41,840 bases of DNA from a candidate division WOR-3 bacterium (GCA_965648915.1 CBFGIV010000017.1:1-41840); one strand, 5' to 3'; numbered from the stretch's first letter, positions 17,827 through 29,740 are shown. Program-made: numbers and translations. Notes: generated by a model from the letters alone, not told the origin.

Positions 17827-20800
17827 CTATGCCCTTTATTCATCTTCACAATCATTCTGAATACAGCCTGCTCGACGGTGCAATAAAATTGGAAACGATG
17901 GTGAATACTGCGGCCCAGATGAAGATGAATGCCCTTGCCCTGACCGATCACGGCAATATGTTTGGGGCAATTGAGTTTTATCGGTTGTGTCAGCGCGCGG
18001 GGATCAAACCTATCATCGGGGTTGAGACCTATGTGGCACCGCGCTCGAGATTTTCAAAAACGAGGGAAGAGGTCGGGATACCTGAATCTTCTTTCCATTT
18101 AATCCTTCTGGTTACAAATATTGACGGCTATAAGAATCTTATTAAACTCCTGTCTGCTGCCTATCTTGAAGGGTTCTATTATAAACCGAGGATTGATAAA
18201 GAATTGCTCAGCCAGCATGCAAAAGGGCTGATCGGGATGTCAGCCTGCCTCAAAGGGGAAGTACCTTATCTGTTGAGTATCGGACAGCCCGAGCGCGCAC
18301 GAAAGGCACTGGGAGAATACATCGATATCCTGGGCCGGGAAAATTTCTATATCGAATTGATGCGACTTGGGTCTCGAGCGCAGGAATCTTTAAATAGAGA
18401 ATTAGTTAAACTGGCTCAGGAGTTTGATCTGCCCGTTGTGGCGACAAATGATTGCCACTACCTTACCCGGGATGATGTACTTGCCCATGATATCCTGCTT
18501 TGCATCCAGACCAAAAAACTGCTCACCGACAAAGAGCGTATGCGCTTTGAGACAAAGCAGGCTTATTTTCGTTCGGCGGAAGAGATGGCAAAGATTTTTC
18601 AGGACCTGCCTGAGGCGGTGACCAATACCCAGTTGATTGCCGAACGGTGTAATTTGATGCTCAACCTGGGCGGAAAAAACCTGCACCTACCTCGATATCC
18701 TAAACCTGAAGGTTTTAACAGCGACTTCGATTATATCAAATTTCTGGCGCAGGAAGGGCTTAAGAAGCGATATGGTCGGCCAACGCCCGGGATCGAAGAG
18801 CGTCTCGCTTATGAATTAGAGATTATTCGAAATTCAGGCCTGGCCGGATATTTTCTGGTAGTAAAAGAGATCATAGATTTTGCTCGAGAGAGAAATATAC
18901 CGGTGGGGCCTGGACGGGGTTCGGCCGTGGGAAGTTTGGTTCTATATTGTCTCTCCATAACCGATATCGACCCGATAAAATATGAATTGATCTTTGAAAG
19001 ATTCTTAAACCCCGAGCGATTGAGTATGCCCGATATTGATACCGATTTTGGCGATACGCGCCGGGACGAGGTGATTGAATTTATTAAGAAGCGCTATGGC
19101 GAAAAGAATGTAACCCAGATTATAACCTTCGGGACAATGCAGGCCAAAGCGGTTATCAGGGATGTCGGTCGCGTCTTATCAATACCATTGAAAGATGTTG
19201 ACTATCTCGCGAAACTTATGCCCAATGATCTGACCATAAAAGAGGCAATGACCCAGGATGGTGAGTTCAAAAGGGAAGTTATGAAAAATCAAGAGTTAAT
19301 GCGTCTGATCGAAATCGCCCAGAGGCTCGAAGGGCTGGCCCGCCACGCATCATTGCATGCAGCAGGCATTGTAATTGCTCCGCAAGAATTGACTGAATAT
19401 CTCCCCCTCTATAAAAGTCCAGACCGTGGGGAGGTCTCCAGTCAGTATGATATGATAAGTATTGAACAGATAGGGCTTTTAAAAATGGATATCCTGGGCC
19501 TGCGAACCCTTACCGTGATCGATGAGACCTTAAAGATGACAGGAATCGATAAGTCTAAAATAGATATCGATGACCCTGCTACCTATAACCTGCTCCAGGA
19601 AGGTAAGACCATAGGCGTTTTTCAGTTAGAGAGCAGGGGGATGAGGGAGATCCTTCAAAATTATAAGCCTGAGAAGTTTGAACACTTGATTGCCATAATC
19701 GCAATGTATCGGCCAGGCCCACTGGGGACAATGAATATCAATAAACTTATCGAGAACAGGAGAAACCCTGACCGGATTGAATATCTCCATCCGTCACTTG
19801 CCGATATCTTAGAAGAGACACACGGTATAATCCTCTATCAGGAACAGGTAATGAAGATTGCCAATGTCATAGCAGGGTTTTCGATGGCCGAAGCCGATAC
19901 TTTGCGTCGCGCCATGGGTAAAAAGATGTCGGAGTTGATGGAAGGAATAAAGGAAAAATTTATCAATGGTGCAAGGAAACGCCGAATTGATCCAGAACTT
20001 GCTGAGCGAATCTTTGAAATGATCAAACCATTTGCTGGCTATGGTTTTAATAAATCACATGCAGCAGCCTATGCTAAACTTGCCTTTGAAACTGCATATC
20101 TCAAAACCCATTACCCGGTGGAATTTATGGTCAATTCGCTTAGCAGTGAGATTAATGATACAGACCGGCTCGGGATACTGATAAAAGAGGCCAGGCGTAT
20201 GGGGATTGAAATTGCACCACCCGATATAAACCAGAGCCGATATGATTTCACCATCGAAGATAGTCCGAAGCGTAGGATAAGATATGGGCTGGGAGCGCTC
20301 AAGAATGTCGGGAAACCCGCCTCGCTCGAGATTGAAAAGGAGAGGGTTCGAGGCCCTTATAAAAGTTTTTATGACTTCAATGCGCGTATTAACCACAGCA
20401 GCGCAGGGCGCATCGTCAATAAGAAATGTATCGAATCACTTATTAAAGCCGGAGCCTTTGATACACTTTCCCCAAACCGGGCAAAACTTCTGAACGAGAT
20501 TGAAGCGGGAGAGGTGAAACCTGAGAAACAGACCGATCTATTTTCCACTGACGAGGATAGAGAGGTTAAAGAATTTGGATGGCTTGAGCGCATTGCCTTA
20601 GAAAAAGAGGTATTCGGTTTTTACTTTTCCGGCCACCCCCTTGAGCAGTATGAGTATGAAATTAAAGGCCTGGGGATTATGCGTATCTCCGATCTCCTCA
20701 ATCACAGGGGTGAAATCGGGGCAGTGGTGATTGGCGGGATCATTGTCTCGGTGAATGTGAAACGGGATCGGAAGAATCGGGAATATGCAATAATTTCGGT

Positions 20801-21221
20801 TGAAGATTTTGACGGAGCGATGGAAGTTATTATCTTCTCTGACCTGTTTAGTCGGAAAACAGAACTTATAAAAAAGGATAAGATGGTGGTTATAAAAGGA
20901 CGGATAGATGGTGGTATGGATGAGAGGGCTATACTTCGTGCCGAACAGATTATCCCTTTTGCTGATGCTCAAAAGTATTTAAAGCAGGCAGTCATTAAGA
21001 TCGATTCAAAACTACTGGAAGAAAGAGATTTCTTGAATCTGCAGGAGATATTGGCAAGAAATCCTGGCGATACCGAGGTCTGGCTGGATATGATTGATAA
21101 TAAAGGCGTTCAGAGGATGATTCGTTCTCGTGCTTACAAGATATCGCCGCGCCGGGAGGTTATTGCGGCGATAAAAAAGATTGCGGGTGAGGGTGGGGTC
21201 CGTTTAAGTGGTGAAATATAG
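17823..21221 (+). CDS. dnaE: DNA polymerase III alpha subunit
   Basis: PHP HLHNHSEYSLLDG, GRGS, PDIDTD, KMDILGL and GFNKSH motifs; OB fold; normal length. Confidence 0.99.
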   Translation: MTMPFIHLHNHSEYSLLDGAIKLETMVNTAAQMKMNALALTDHGNMFGAIEFYRLCQRAGIKPIIGVETYVAPRSRFSKTREEVGIPESSFHLILLVTNIDGYKNLIKLLSAAYLEGFYYKPRIDKELLSQHAKGLIGMSACLKGEVPYLLSIGQPERARKALGEYIDILGRENFYIELMRLGSRAQESLNRELVKLAQEFDLPVVATNDCHYLTRDDVLAHDILLCIQTKKLLTDKERMRFETKQAYFRSAEEMAKIFQDLPEAVTNTQLIAERCNLMLNLGGKNLHLPRYPKPEGFNSDFDYIKFLAQEGLKKRYGRPTPGIEERLAYELEIIRNSGLAGYFLVVKEIIDFARERNIPVGPGRGSAVGSLVLYCLSITDIDPIKYELIFERFLNPERLSMPDIDTDFGDTRRDEVIEFIKKRYGEKNVTQIITFGTMQAKAVIRDVGRVLSIPLKDVDYLAKLMPNDLTIKEAMTQDGEFKREVMKNQELMRLIEIAQRLEGLARHASLHAAGIVIAPQELTEYLPLYKSPDRGEVSSQYDMISIEQIGLLKMDILGLRTLTVIDETLKMTGIDKSKIDIDDPATYNLLQEGKTIGVFQLESRGMREILQNYKPEKFEHLIAIIAMYRPGPLGTMNINKLIENRRNPDRIEYLHPSLADILEETHGIILYQEQVMKIANVIAGFSMAEADTLRRAMGKKMSELMEGIKEKFINGARKRRIDPELAERIFEMIKPFAGYGFNKSHAAAYAKLAFETAYLKTHYPVEFMVNSLSSEINDTDRLGILIKEARRMGIEIAPPDINQSRYDFTIEDSPKRRIRYGLGALKNVGKPASLEIEKERVRGPYKSFYDFNARINHSSAGRIVNKKCIESLIKAGAFDTLSPNRAKLLNEIEAGEVKPEKQTDLFSTDEDREVKEFGWLERIALEKEVFGFYFSGHPLEQYEYEIKGLGIMRISDLLNHRGEIGAVVIGGIIVSVNVKRDRKNREYAIISVEDFDGAMEVIIFSDLFSRKTELIKKDKMVVIKGRIDGGMDERAILRAEQIIPFADAQKYLKQAVIKIDSKLLEERDFLNLQEILARNPGDTEVWLDMIDNKGVQRMIRSRAYKISPRREVIAAIKKIAGEGGVRLSGEI

Positions 21222-21229
21222 GAGATCAG

Positions 21230-21919
21230 ATGCCATTTTTTTTACTATCCTTTTTACTCAACCAATCTGCTCTTTATCTGATTGATTTGCCGAACTCCAG
21301 GGTGCTGGGGCATGGTGAGTATGAGATTGCCCTTCGTTTTGGTCCAGATGGCGGTGTTCTGGGCTATTTTCAGGTTGGCGTAATTGATCGCTTTGCCTTT
21401 GGCTTAAGCACTGGTGCAGCAAACTTAATTGGGGCGAAGAATCCTGATTTCTACCCCCATCCCGGCATTCAGATTAAGGCGCAGATCCTTACCGGTGGAC
21501 TGGCACTGCCTGAGTGGGCAATAGGTTTTGATAATCAAGGGTTTGGAGAATACGAAAATCACCGGTATCTGATAAAATCAAGAGGATTCTACTCGACTTT
21601 GGGCAAGGGGTTTGAATTTGAAGGTGGGGAATTTTATATCAACGGTGGTATAAATTTCTCACTGGAAAGGGAGGATAAAAGCTCTTTGGACATCTTCTTG
21701 GGAAGTGCCTTAAGCATCATTGACTTTGCCGCACTCAAAGTTGATTACGACCCGGCGCTTAATGACCCCATAAGTAAAGAGAGTGGTTACTTAAACCTTG
21801 GATTACAGATTAATCTCGCTGAATCGGTTGCCTTTGAATTTGCCTTAAGGGACATTCTGGGTAGTGGCGAAGAAGAACTTAACCGAATAATAAAACTTAG
21901 TTATCGGGCATCATTTTGA
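21230..21919 (+). CDS. Probable outer-membrane beta-barrel protein (YjbH-like)
   Basis: Signal-like N-terminus, alternating beta strands, C-terminal Phe. Confidence 0.6.
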   Translation: MPFFLLSFLLNQSALYLIDLPNSRVLGHGEYEIALRFGPDGGVLGYFQVGVIDRFAFGLSTGAANLIGAKNPDFYPHPGIQIKAQILTGGLALPEWAIGFDNQGFGEYENHRYLIKSRGFYSTLGKGFEFEGGEFYINGGINFSLEREDKSSLDIFLGSALSIIDFAALKVDYDPALNDPISKESGYLNLGLQINLAESVAFEFALRDILGSGEEELNRIIKLSYRASF

Positions 21920-21924
21920 TTAAA

Positions 21925-21940
21925 TGTTTCACGTGAAACA
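21925..21940. other. parS centromere site
   Basis: Exact TGTTTCACGTGAAACA palindrome (extends to 20 bp, 21923-21942); intergenic, about 17 kb from oriC. Confidence 0.92.
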
Positions 21941-21976
21941 TTATCAAGGACCCTATCTTTAATCAAGGAGGTTTTT

Positions 21977-22351
21977 ATGAATATTATTGAACTGACCGAT
22001 ACAAACTTTCATCAAGAGGTCTTTAAGTCCCAACTACCGTTTCTGGTCGATTTCTGGGCAGTCTGGTGTGGCCCATGTCGGATGATGGCTCCAGTTCTCG
22101 AAGAGATTGCCCAGAGATATGATGGATCCTTAAAAGTTGGAAAATTGAATGTTGATAATGAGATAAAAACCGCCAACGAATTCAATATTAACAGTATACC
22201 CACCCTTATTCTCTTTATCAATGGAAAAGAGGTGGATCGGATCGTAGGCGCAGTGCCAAAAGACTTCCTGATTGACCGCTTGGGCCAGTTTCTTCCTTCG
22301 GCCAAGGCCGGATCCGGGGCAAAGCGGACAAAAGAAAAGGAGAAAAAATGA
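21977..22351 (+). CDS. trxA: Thioredoxin
   Basis: VDFWAVWCGPC, KLNVD and SIPTL motifs. Confidence 0.95.
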   Translation: MNIIELTDTNFHQEVFKSQLPFLVDFWAVWCGPCRMMAPVLEEIAQRYDGSLKVGKLNVDNEIKTANEFNINSIPTLILFINGKEVDRIVGAVPKDFLIDRLGQFLPSAKAGSGAKRTKEKEKK

Positions 22352-22836
22352 AAAGAGCGGCTGTTGTATCTATTCTTACCGGTTGTTTGGTCTTTTTTTT
22401 ATCCTGCGGGGGTAAGTCTCCAAAGGCATCAGGATTGAGTTTCAGGCTCCCCACTCTTGACGGCGATACGGTAAGTTTTGATGATTTTAAGGGTAAGGTT
22501 GTTCTGCTCGATTTCTGGGCAACCTGGTGCCCGCCGTGTCGGGCCTATATCCCTTATCTTATCGAGTTTCACAATAAATATAGTAATCAAGGGCTGGTGG
22601 TGATCGGAATCAGTAATGATGATATAGGTGCGATGAAAAGTTTCAAAACTTCTCAGCAGATACCTTATCTGCTTCTTGTTTCCGACAATGAGACATTAAA
22701 GCGTTATGGTATAACTGCAATACCTACGACCTATGTCTTTGATCGCAAAGGGAAGTTCGTTAAAAAAGAGATCGGCTTTAATCCTGCTAAACTTAAGGTG
22801 TTTGAGGAAGATTTGAAAAAACTCTTAAATGAATAA
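22348..22836 (+). CDS. TlpA/ResA-family disulfide reductase lipoprotein
   Basis: Lipobox-like FLSC, LDFWATWCPPC and AIPTT motifs. Confidence 0.9.
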   Translation: MKRAAVVSILTGCLVFFLSCGGKSPKASGLSFRLPTLDGDTVSFDDFKGKVVLLDFWATWCPPCRAYIPYLIEFHNKYSNQGLVVIGISNDDIGAMKSFKTSQQIPYLLLVSDNETLKRYGITAIPTTYVFDRKGKFVKKEIGFNPAKLKVFEEDLKKLLNE

Positions 22837-23254
22837 AAAAAAGATAACCATCACGCTGATAAAAAAACTACAGTTTATAGCCGAAGATGAATTCAAACAT
22901 AGTATCATCTTAGATAGTGATCAGGAGAGCGGCGGGGATGATACCGGGTTCAGACCTTTGGATCTTCTATTGACTGCTCTTGCCGGTTGTATGGCCATGG
23001 ACATCGTTGCGATTTTGAGAAAGAAAGGTGGTAAGATCAGTCTCTTCAAGATGATCCTGGAAGGGGAGAGGGCTGAAGAGCATCCTAAACGTTTTATCAA
23101 GATTGTCTATAGAATAGTCTGCCAGGGCGATTTCCAGGATCAAGATCTCCAACGGGCATTTGAACTATCAAGGGATAAATACTGCTCGGTGCTCCACACA
23201 ATCAAGAACCCACCGCAATTCGAATTCATTCTCTCAAGGGAACCTATCTCCTAA
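22829..23254 (+). CDS. OsmC/YhfA-family protein
   Basis: GFRPLDLLLTALAGC...KYCSV motifs. Confidence 0.9.
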   Translation: MNKKKITITLIKKLQFIAEDEFKHSIILDSDQESGGDDTGFRPLDLLLTALAGCMAMDIVAILRKKGGKISLFKMILEGERAEEHPKRFIKIVYRIVCQGDFQDQDLQRAFELSRDKYCSVLHTIKNPPQFEFILSREPIS

Positions 23255-23281
23255 AGAGGAGTTAAGCGCAAGGACAAAATA

Positions 23282-23313
23282 AAAAGGAGGACTGTTAATA
23301 TCGTCCTCCTTTT
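23282..23313. terminator. Bidirectional intrinsic terminator
   Basis: AAAAGGAGGAC 23282-23292/GTCCTCCTTTT 23303-23313, between convergent genes. Confidence 0.85.
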
Positions 23314-23332
23314 ATTTCGAGGGAAAATTAAC

Positions 23333-23668
23333 TTACCACGCCTTTGCCAGAACAAATGGCTTAAGTAAAAGTCTCATGCCGATCCGCTTCTTCTGGGTCT
23401 TTTTCTGTATTTCGGCAATCTTCGCATTCAGTTCATCAATCTCGGTCTTCAATGCACTTACCTTGCTTTCGAGTTCCGCAATTTCCTCTTTTAACTTGGC
23501 AATCTCAGCTTCGAGCGCTGAAATCTTCTCTTTGGCCGCGGACTCACGGGCTCGATACTCAGCGATCATCTTCTGGGCTTCTTCTTCAGTGAGTTTCTTT
23601 TCCTGGGTAAAAGAAACCGCAGGTATAATTAATAGGCCCACCAGTGTAATTAAGAGAAGATTTTTCAT
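23333..23668 (-). CDS. Exported coiled-coil protein
   Basis: Signal peptide, long heptad repeat, SD AGGAGG. Confidence 0.75.
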   Translation of the reverse strand: MKNLLLITLVGLLIIPAVSFTQEKKLTEEEAQKMIAEYRARESAAKEKISALEAEIAKLKEEIAELESKVSALKTEIDELNAKIAEIQKKTQKKRIGMRLLLKPFVLAKAW

Positions 23669-23949
23669 TATCTCCTCCTTTTCTTTAATTTCTTTTCAAG
23701 CCCAGCCAATTGTTTAGCCAGGTTATCACGCTCAGCCGTAAGTTTCTCAATCTCGGCCTGTAGTTCTGCTTTCTTTGCCTCAAGCGATGCCTTTTCATTG
23801 GACAGATCAGAGACCTTTGCTTCAGCGGCCTCAGCAGCCTTCTTCGCCTCTTCTAACTCACTCAAGGTTTGCTTCGTTACCTTTTTCGGGCCGCAACCCA
23901 AGTAGAGGAGGAGTGGTATAACCAGTAACAGTAATGTCAGTTTCTTCAT
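23668..23949 (-). CDS. Coiled-coil lipoprotein
   Basis: Lipobox YLGC, heptad repeats, basic C-terminus, SD AGGAGGTG. Confidence 0.8.
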   Translation of the reverse strand: MKKLTLLLLVIPLLLYLGCGPKKVTKQTLSELEEAKKAAEAAEAKVSDLSNEKASLEAKKAELQAEIEKLTAERDNLAKQLAGLEKKLKKRRR

Positions 23950-23965
23950 GACACCTCCTGTGCCT

Positions 23966-23993
23966 ATTATATATAGAATGGGTGAAGTGTCAA
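23966..23993 (-). promoter_or_regulatory. Promoter of the coiled-coil pair
   Basis: TTGACA-16-TATAAT, perfect consensus. Confidence 0.75.
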
Positions 23994-24073
23994 TAATAAA
24001 AGTAACTTGAATATTATTCCTGTTCTGAATTTCCCTCGATCAATAATCTGTATTTCTCGCGCGATAAAATGTT

Positions 24074-24960
24074 TTATTTAATCAATATTATCTTTGTTCT
24101 TTTTCTTACTGAATTATCTTCAAGACAGATAAAATAAATACCTGGATTGACAGGTATTCCATATCCATTATCACCATACCAGAAGATTCTATCTGTTTCA
24201 CCAACCAGAATATTGTCCCAGCTGTGCACAAGTGAACTCATAATATCAAAAATCTTTATGGAGATTCCTGAAAACACCTTTTGATTTTTGATGTATCCTG
24301 GATTCAATCTTATTTCAAATCGATTCTGGCTGGGATTGGGGAAGACTTCAAAATTTATCCTGTTATCTTTTATGAACCCTTTCTCTTCAATACCGGTCAT
24401 TCGTTTTCTTGTCACATAATACATTATAAAAACTGTATCTTTGAAGACAACTGCCGGATCTTTTACAGCAAGGCTTTCCAGACCGCTGGTTGTATCAATC
24501 TGTAATCGGTAGCCCGGCTCAATTGTCCAGTCTTCTCCATCTAAGGAGTATAAAGAGCGAATCCCACCCGGTGGCAAATTTCTGAATCCGAAAAACCGAT
24601 AGCCATTGGTGAGTTTGATCCCATTGGCAAGCATCAGACTGTCTGCGAAATAATTGGACTGTCGGATAAAATTTATTCCATCGAGCGAGATTGCTGAATA
24701 AGTTTCCGGACGCATATCATTATAAGGGTCACCCGTAAAATATAATCTGAATGTATCGTTTTTAAGAATAATATCCGGGTCACAGGGTCGGCCCGGCCAA
24801 CCCTGGGTTCCCTGGATACGAATCTGATAGAATTGCCAGTTACTAAATCCATCCGGTGATTTACCAAGCATAATGCCGTCAGTAGTATATGTCCATAGTC
24901 CTTGAAAGTATAAATAGACCTGGGAATCAGGACCGATGGCGGCAAACTGCGCCAGATAAA
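24074..24960 (-). pseudogene. 5'-truncated beta-propeller protein with T9SS/FlgD-like CTD
   Basis: DPD/DPA blades, SLDG motifs and a CTD (FPNP...GIYF...KIILIK) are present, but there is no signal peptide, SD or credible start; the open frame runs into the 16S 3' end. Confidence 0.55.
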
Positions 24961-24965
24961 TAAAA

Positions 24966-24976
24966 AAGCACCAAGG
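24966..24976 (-). other. 3' arm of the 16S precursor processing stem
   Basis: 11-nt perfect complement of the leader arm at 26586-26596 (AAGCACCAAGG/CCTTGGTGCTT), extended by GGGT/ACCC. Confidence 0.75.
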
Positions 24977-24991
24977 CCGGGTATTTGAAAA

Positions 24992-26545
<1,554 letters not shown>

Positions 26546-26606
26546 AAACAATTGGACCCGTGGATGGTTCATTAAAGACCCATAACCTTGGTGCTTAAAT
26601 ATTAGT

Positions 26607-26619
26607 TTTTCAAAGAGCA
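26607..26619 (-). promoter_or_regulatory. rrn boxA antitermination element
   Basis: TGCTCTTTGAAAA in the 16S leader. Confidence 0.8.
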
Positions 26620-26657
26620 GATCTCTTCAATCAACAAAAACAAATAAGGTTTATTTA

Positions 26658-26745
26658 ATTTTACTCAAAATATAAAAATTGTCAAGAACAATTTTTTGTA
26701 ATATTAACAAGTATACTATTATACCCATCTAAATTGAGGTGTCAA
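26658..26745 (-). promoter_or_regulatory. Tandem rRNA promoters P1 and P2
   Basis: P1 TTGACA 26745-26740, 16 nt, TATAAT 26723-26718; P2 TTGACA 26685-26680, 16 nt, TAAAAT 26663-26658. Confidence 0.85.
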
Positions 26746-26753
26746 TACTTTTT

Positions 26754-29159
26754 TTATTGATGGGGTAACTTCCCTCGATCTTTTTTCTCGTAGTAACTAT
26801 GATAATAATGGTAATAGTAATAACGGGATCGGTAGCGATGACCGAGCTCGACCCCGTTTAACACTACCCCCAAAAGTCTGATACCCGCATTCTGCAGGAC
26901 CTTGACCGATTCGATAAGAAGATCGCGTTTGGTTCTGCCATACCAGACAACAAAGATTATGCCATCACCAAGACTGCCAAGTATTGAAGCATCGGCAACA
27001 CCGAGCACGGGCGGAGCATCAAAAAAGAGATATTCGTAGTCATTCTTAAGTTCATCAACAATGGCCTTCATCTTTTGTGACCCAAGAAGTTCAGTGGGAT
27101 TAGGTGGTATTGGCCCGCTGGTTAAGAGGTCGAGGTTTTCAATACTGGTCTTAATGATAACATCCTTGAGTCTTTCACGGCCGATCAGGATGTCAGAAAG
27201 CCCTTTGATTTTCTGATCCTTAAATATCTTGTTAAAAACTGGTTTTCTTAAATCGGTATCAACGATGATTGAACGATTACCCATCTGGGCAAAGGTAATC
27301 GCCAAATTTCCGATCACCGTCGATTTACCCTCCTGGGGAATGGCGCTGGAAACGACGATCGATTTAACCGTGTCTTTTACCGCGGTAAAGGCAATATTGG
27401 TTCGCAGAATTCGATAGGCCTCAGCAACTGAAGAACGGGGATTGAGATGGGTAATAAATCGGGCCTCGATCCTTGCCGTCTCGTCATAAGATTTTGCTCC
27501 TTTGATCTGGATAATTGGAATTGAGGCCAGGACCGGAACGCCCGTTAAGGACTCAATCTCTCTCGGATCACGAATTGAGGTGTCTAAATATTCAAGAATA
27601 AAGGCAGCGCTGATCCCGAGGACAAGTCCAAGAATTGCACCGAGGATAAGATTCTGTTTTTTCTTGGGGCTGACCGGATATTTTGGGGGATTGGCCGGAT
27701 CGATGATCTTGGCCTCACCAATCTCCCGGGCCTCAGAGATCTTTGCCTCTTCGAGTTTAGAGAGAAGCATATTATAAATCTCCTCGTTGGCTTTTTTCTG
27801 ACGCGACAACTGGGCAAGTTCGACTTCGGCCCTGGGTAGGCGGGAGAGTTTTATATTAAATTCATTGATTACTTGATTGAGCGCCTCGAGTCGGCTCTGG
27901 AGGGCAAGGAGTTGGGATTCGCTTTCAATAACCTTCGAGATTATCGACTGAAAAATAGGGTCGGACCCCGGTGGCCCGACCCGCACAATCTGATTGACCA
28001 CAGATTGAATCTGATTGTTAACCTGTTTGATCTCTTCTTCGAGATGGGTGATCTCAAGTTTATCAGTCGCCTTCTGTTTCTGTAATTCTAAGTTTTTAAG
28101 TTTTTCTTTGAGGGATATGACCAAGGGACTATTAGAAATAGTCGGGAATGAGGCGATATTCTTATAAAGCCCGAAGACCCTTTCATCGCCCTGCAGTTCC
28201 TTTTCAAGATTGTCAAGCCGGCTTTTCACTTCTTCGATCTCAACCTGGGTCTGGGCCTTGGTTGCGTCGAAACGGGCCAGGGCATCAATCATCTCTTTCG
28301 CCGATTCATCAAGCAAAAAGATTCTGGACTGTTCTTTATAATTCTTTAACCGCTCTTCTGCCATGGCCAGTTCACTACCGAAGATTTTGATCTGCTCCTC
28401 AATAAAGAGCTTAGAACTCCTCGCTTCTTCCCGCAACGAATGGAGCGAGTAATCGATGTAGGCATTGGCCATCTCATTGGCGATCGCTGCTGCCTGCCTG
28501 GGGTCCCGGGATTGAGCCTTGAGTGAAACCAGATCGGTCTTCTTGATCTGCATAATCTTAACCGACTTGCGGAGACGGTCGGTTGCAGTATTTAAATCCT
28601 CAATGGAAAAATTTATTACTTCAGGGCTGTTGCGCGGGCCGGGTTTTTTTAAGATGAAAGACCCAATCCCCGGGATTTTAGTCAGACGATCGTAATTACC
28701 GGTATAAAGAATATTCCCGTGTTTATCCTGTAGTTGAAAACCGTCGTTATTCATCATAATCTGATATCTATCCCCACCCGCACTGGAATCGACCGAGATT
28801 GAGTCAAAATAAGAATAGTTGACCGGCATAGTCAAGAAGTTTAACCCCAGTTTTTGAATAACCTTCTGGGCAATGGTCTTGCTGCGCACGACTTCAATCT
28901 CACTTTCAATCAGATCAATATAGTAGTAACTGGTTGGGGTGAATTCAGCAAAGATGGTAGGTTTTGCCCGTTTTAAGGCCAGACGAAAGACCACCTCGGA
29001 TTCATATAACTTTGGACTTCTTAGACTGAAATAGAGCGTTGAGAGGACAGTGATAATAAATATAAATATAACCAGCAGACGGTGTTCATACACGACATCG
29101 ATATAATCCTGAAAGGTTGGTTCGCTCTTTTCACCCCGGTGATTGATATTATTCATCAT
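26754..29159 (-). CDS. wzc: Wzc-type polysaccharide co-polymerase and BY tyrosine kinase
   Basis: Two TM segments flanking a coiled coil; EAYRILRTN, PQEGKS, DTDLRKP and DAPP motifs; Tyr cluster YYYYHYYHSYY; start moved to the ATGA overlap with the wza stop. Confidence 0.92.
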   Translation of the reverse strand: MMNNINHRGEKSEPTFQDYIDVVYEHRLLVIFIFIITVLSTLYFSLRSPKLYESEVVFRLALKRAKPTIFAEFTPTSYYYIDLIESEIEVVRSKTIAQKVIQKLGLNFLTMPVNYSYFDSISVDSSAGGDRYQIMMNNDGFQLQDKHGNILYTGNYDRLTKIPGIGSFILKKPGPRNSPEVINFSIEDLNTATDRLRKSVKIMQIKKTDLVSLKAQSRDPRQAAAIANEMANAYIDYSLHSLREEARSSKLFIEEQIKIFGSELAMAEERLKNYKEQSRIFLLDESAKEMIDALARFDATKAQTQVEIEEVKSRLDNLEKELQGDERVFGLYKNIASFPTISNSPLVISLKEKLKNLELQKQKATDKLEITHLEEEIKQVNNQIQSVVNQIVRVGPPGSDPIFQSIISKVIESESQLLALQSRLEALNQVINEFNIKLSRLPRAEVELAQLSRQKKANEEIYNMLLSKLEEAKISEAREIGEAKIIDPANPPKYPVSPKKKQNLILGAILGLVLGISAAFILEYLDTSIRDPREIESLTGVPVLASIPIIQIKGAKSYDETARIEARFITHLNPRSSVAEAYRILRTNIAFTAVKDTVKSIVVSSAIPQEGKSTVIGNLAITFAQMGNRSIIVDTDLRKPVFNKIFKDQKIKGLSDILIGRERLKDVIIKTSIENLDLLTSGPIPPNPTELLGSQKMKAIVDELKNDYEYLFFDAPPVLGVADASILGSLGDGIIFVVWYGRTKRDLLIESVKVLQNAGIRLLGVVLNGVELGHRYRSRYYYYHYYHSYYEKKDRGKLPHQ

Positions 29160-29740
29160 TTGAAAAAAGCAACATAGAGATTCAACCCCAGAGAAAGAGT
29201 CGAGACAATTATCGAAAGCTCCTGCCAAGAAGGCATTTTCCTCCGGGGGACAATTACCAGATCGCCAGGTCTGAGTTCGAGTTCAGGAAGGGGCTTGCCC
29301 TTTTTCAGTATCTTTTCAACATTGACCGTCTTCTCCTGTCCGACCCTCAAGATCCGGACTTTACGCAGATTGCCCTTTTCAGTTACTCCCTGGGCTTCGG
29401 CCAGGAGATTGGGTATCCGGTCGTTACTCATAATGTAATATATACCCGCCCGCCGGACTTCGCCCAGGACACCAATCCGATAGTAAACATTGATCGTTAA
29501 AAAAGTTTCACCCAAAAAGTTTTGATAGAGGGTAAAGAGTTCTTTTTTTAAACTATCCAGAGTCTTATTCTTAAGATCAATCTTGCCCAAAAGGGGAAGT
29601 TTTATGGTTGTATCGATATCGACATAAAACTTACCCGAGAGGTCGGGTTGACGCCAGATCATAACATCAACCGCATCGAGAGGGACCAGGGCTGGTGGAC
29701 CGGCAGGATGGGTCAAGAATATTAATAGGATAAAAGACAT
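29156..29740 (-). CDS. Wza-like polysaccharide export protein (Poly_export + SLBB)
   Basis: IKLPLLGKI, VLGEVRRAG and LRPGDLVIVP motifs. Confidence 0.85.
   Translation of the reverse strand: MSFILLIFLTHPAGPPALVPLDAVDVMIWRQPDLSGKFYVDIDTTIKLPLLGKIDLKNKTLDSLKKELFTLYQNFLGETFLTINVYYRIGVLGEVRRAGIYYIMSNDRIPNLLAEAQGVTEKGNLRKVRILRVGQEKTVNVEKILKKGKPLPELELRPGDLVIVPRRKMPSWQELSIIVSTLSLGLNLYVAFFK

Noticed and set aside
17823..21221. Intein or split in dnaE
   Set aside because: Length is normal, motifs are contiguous and no intein signatures are visible.
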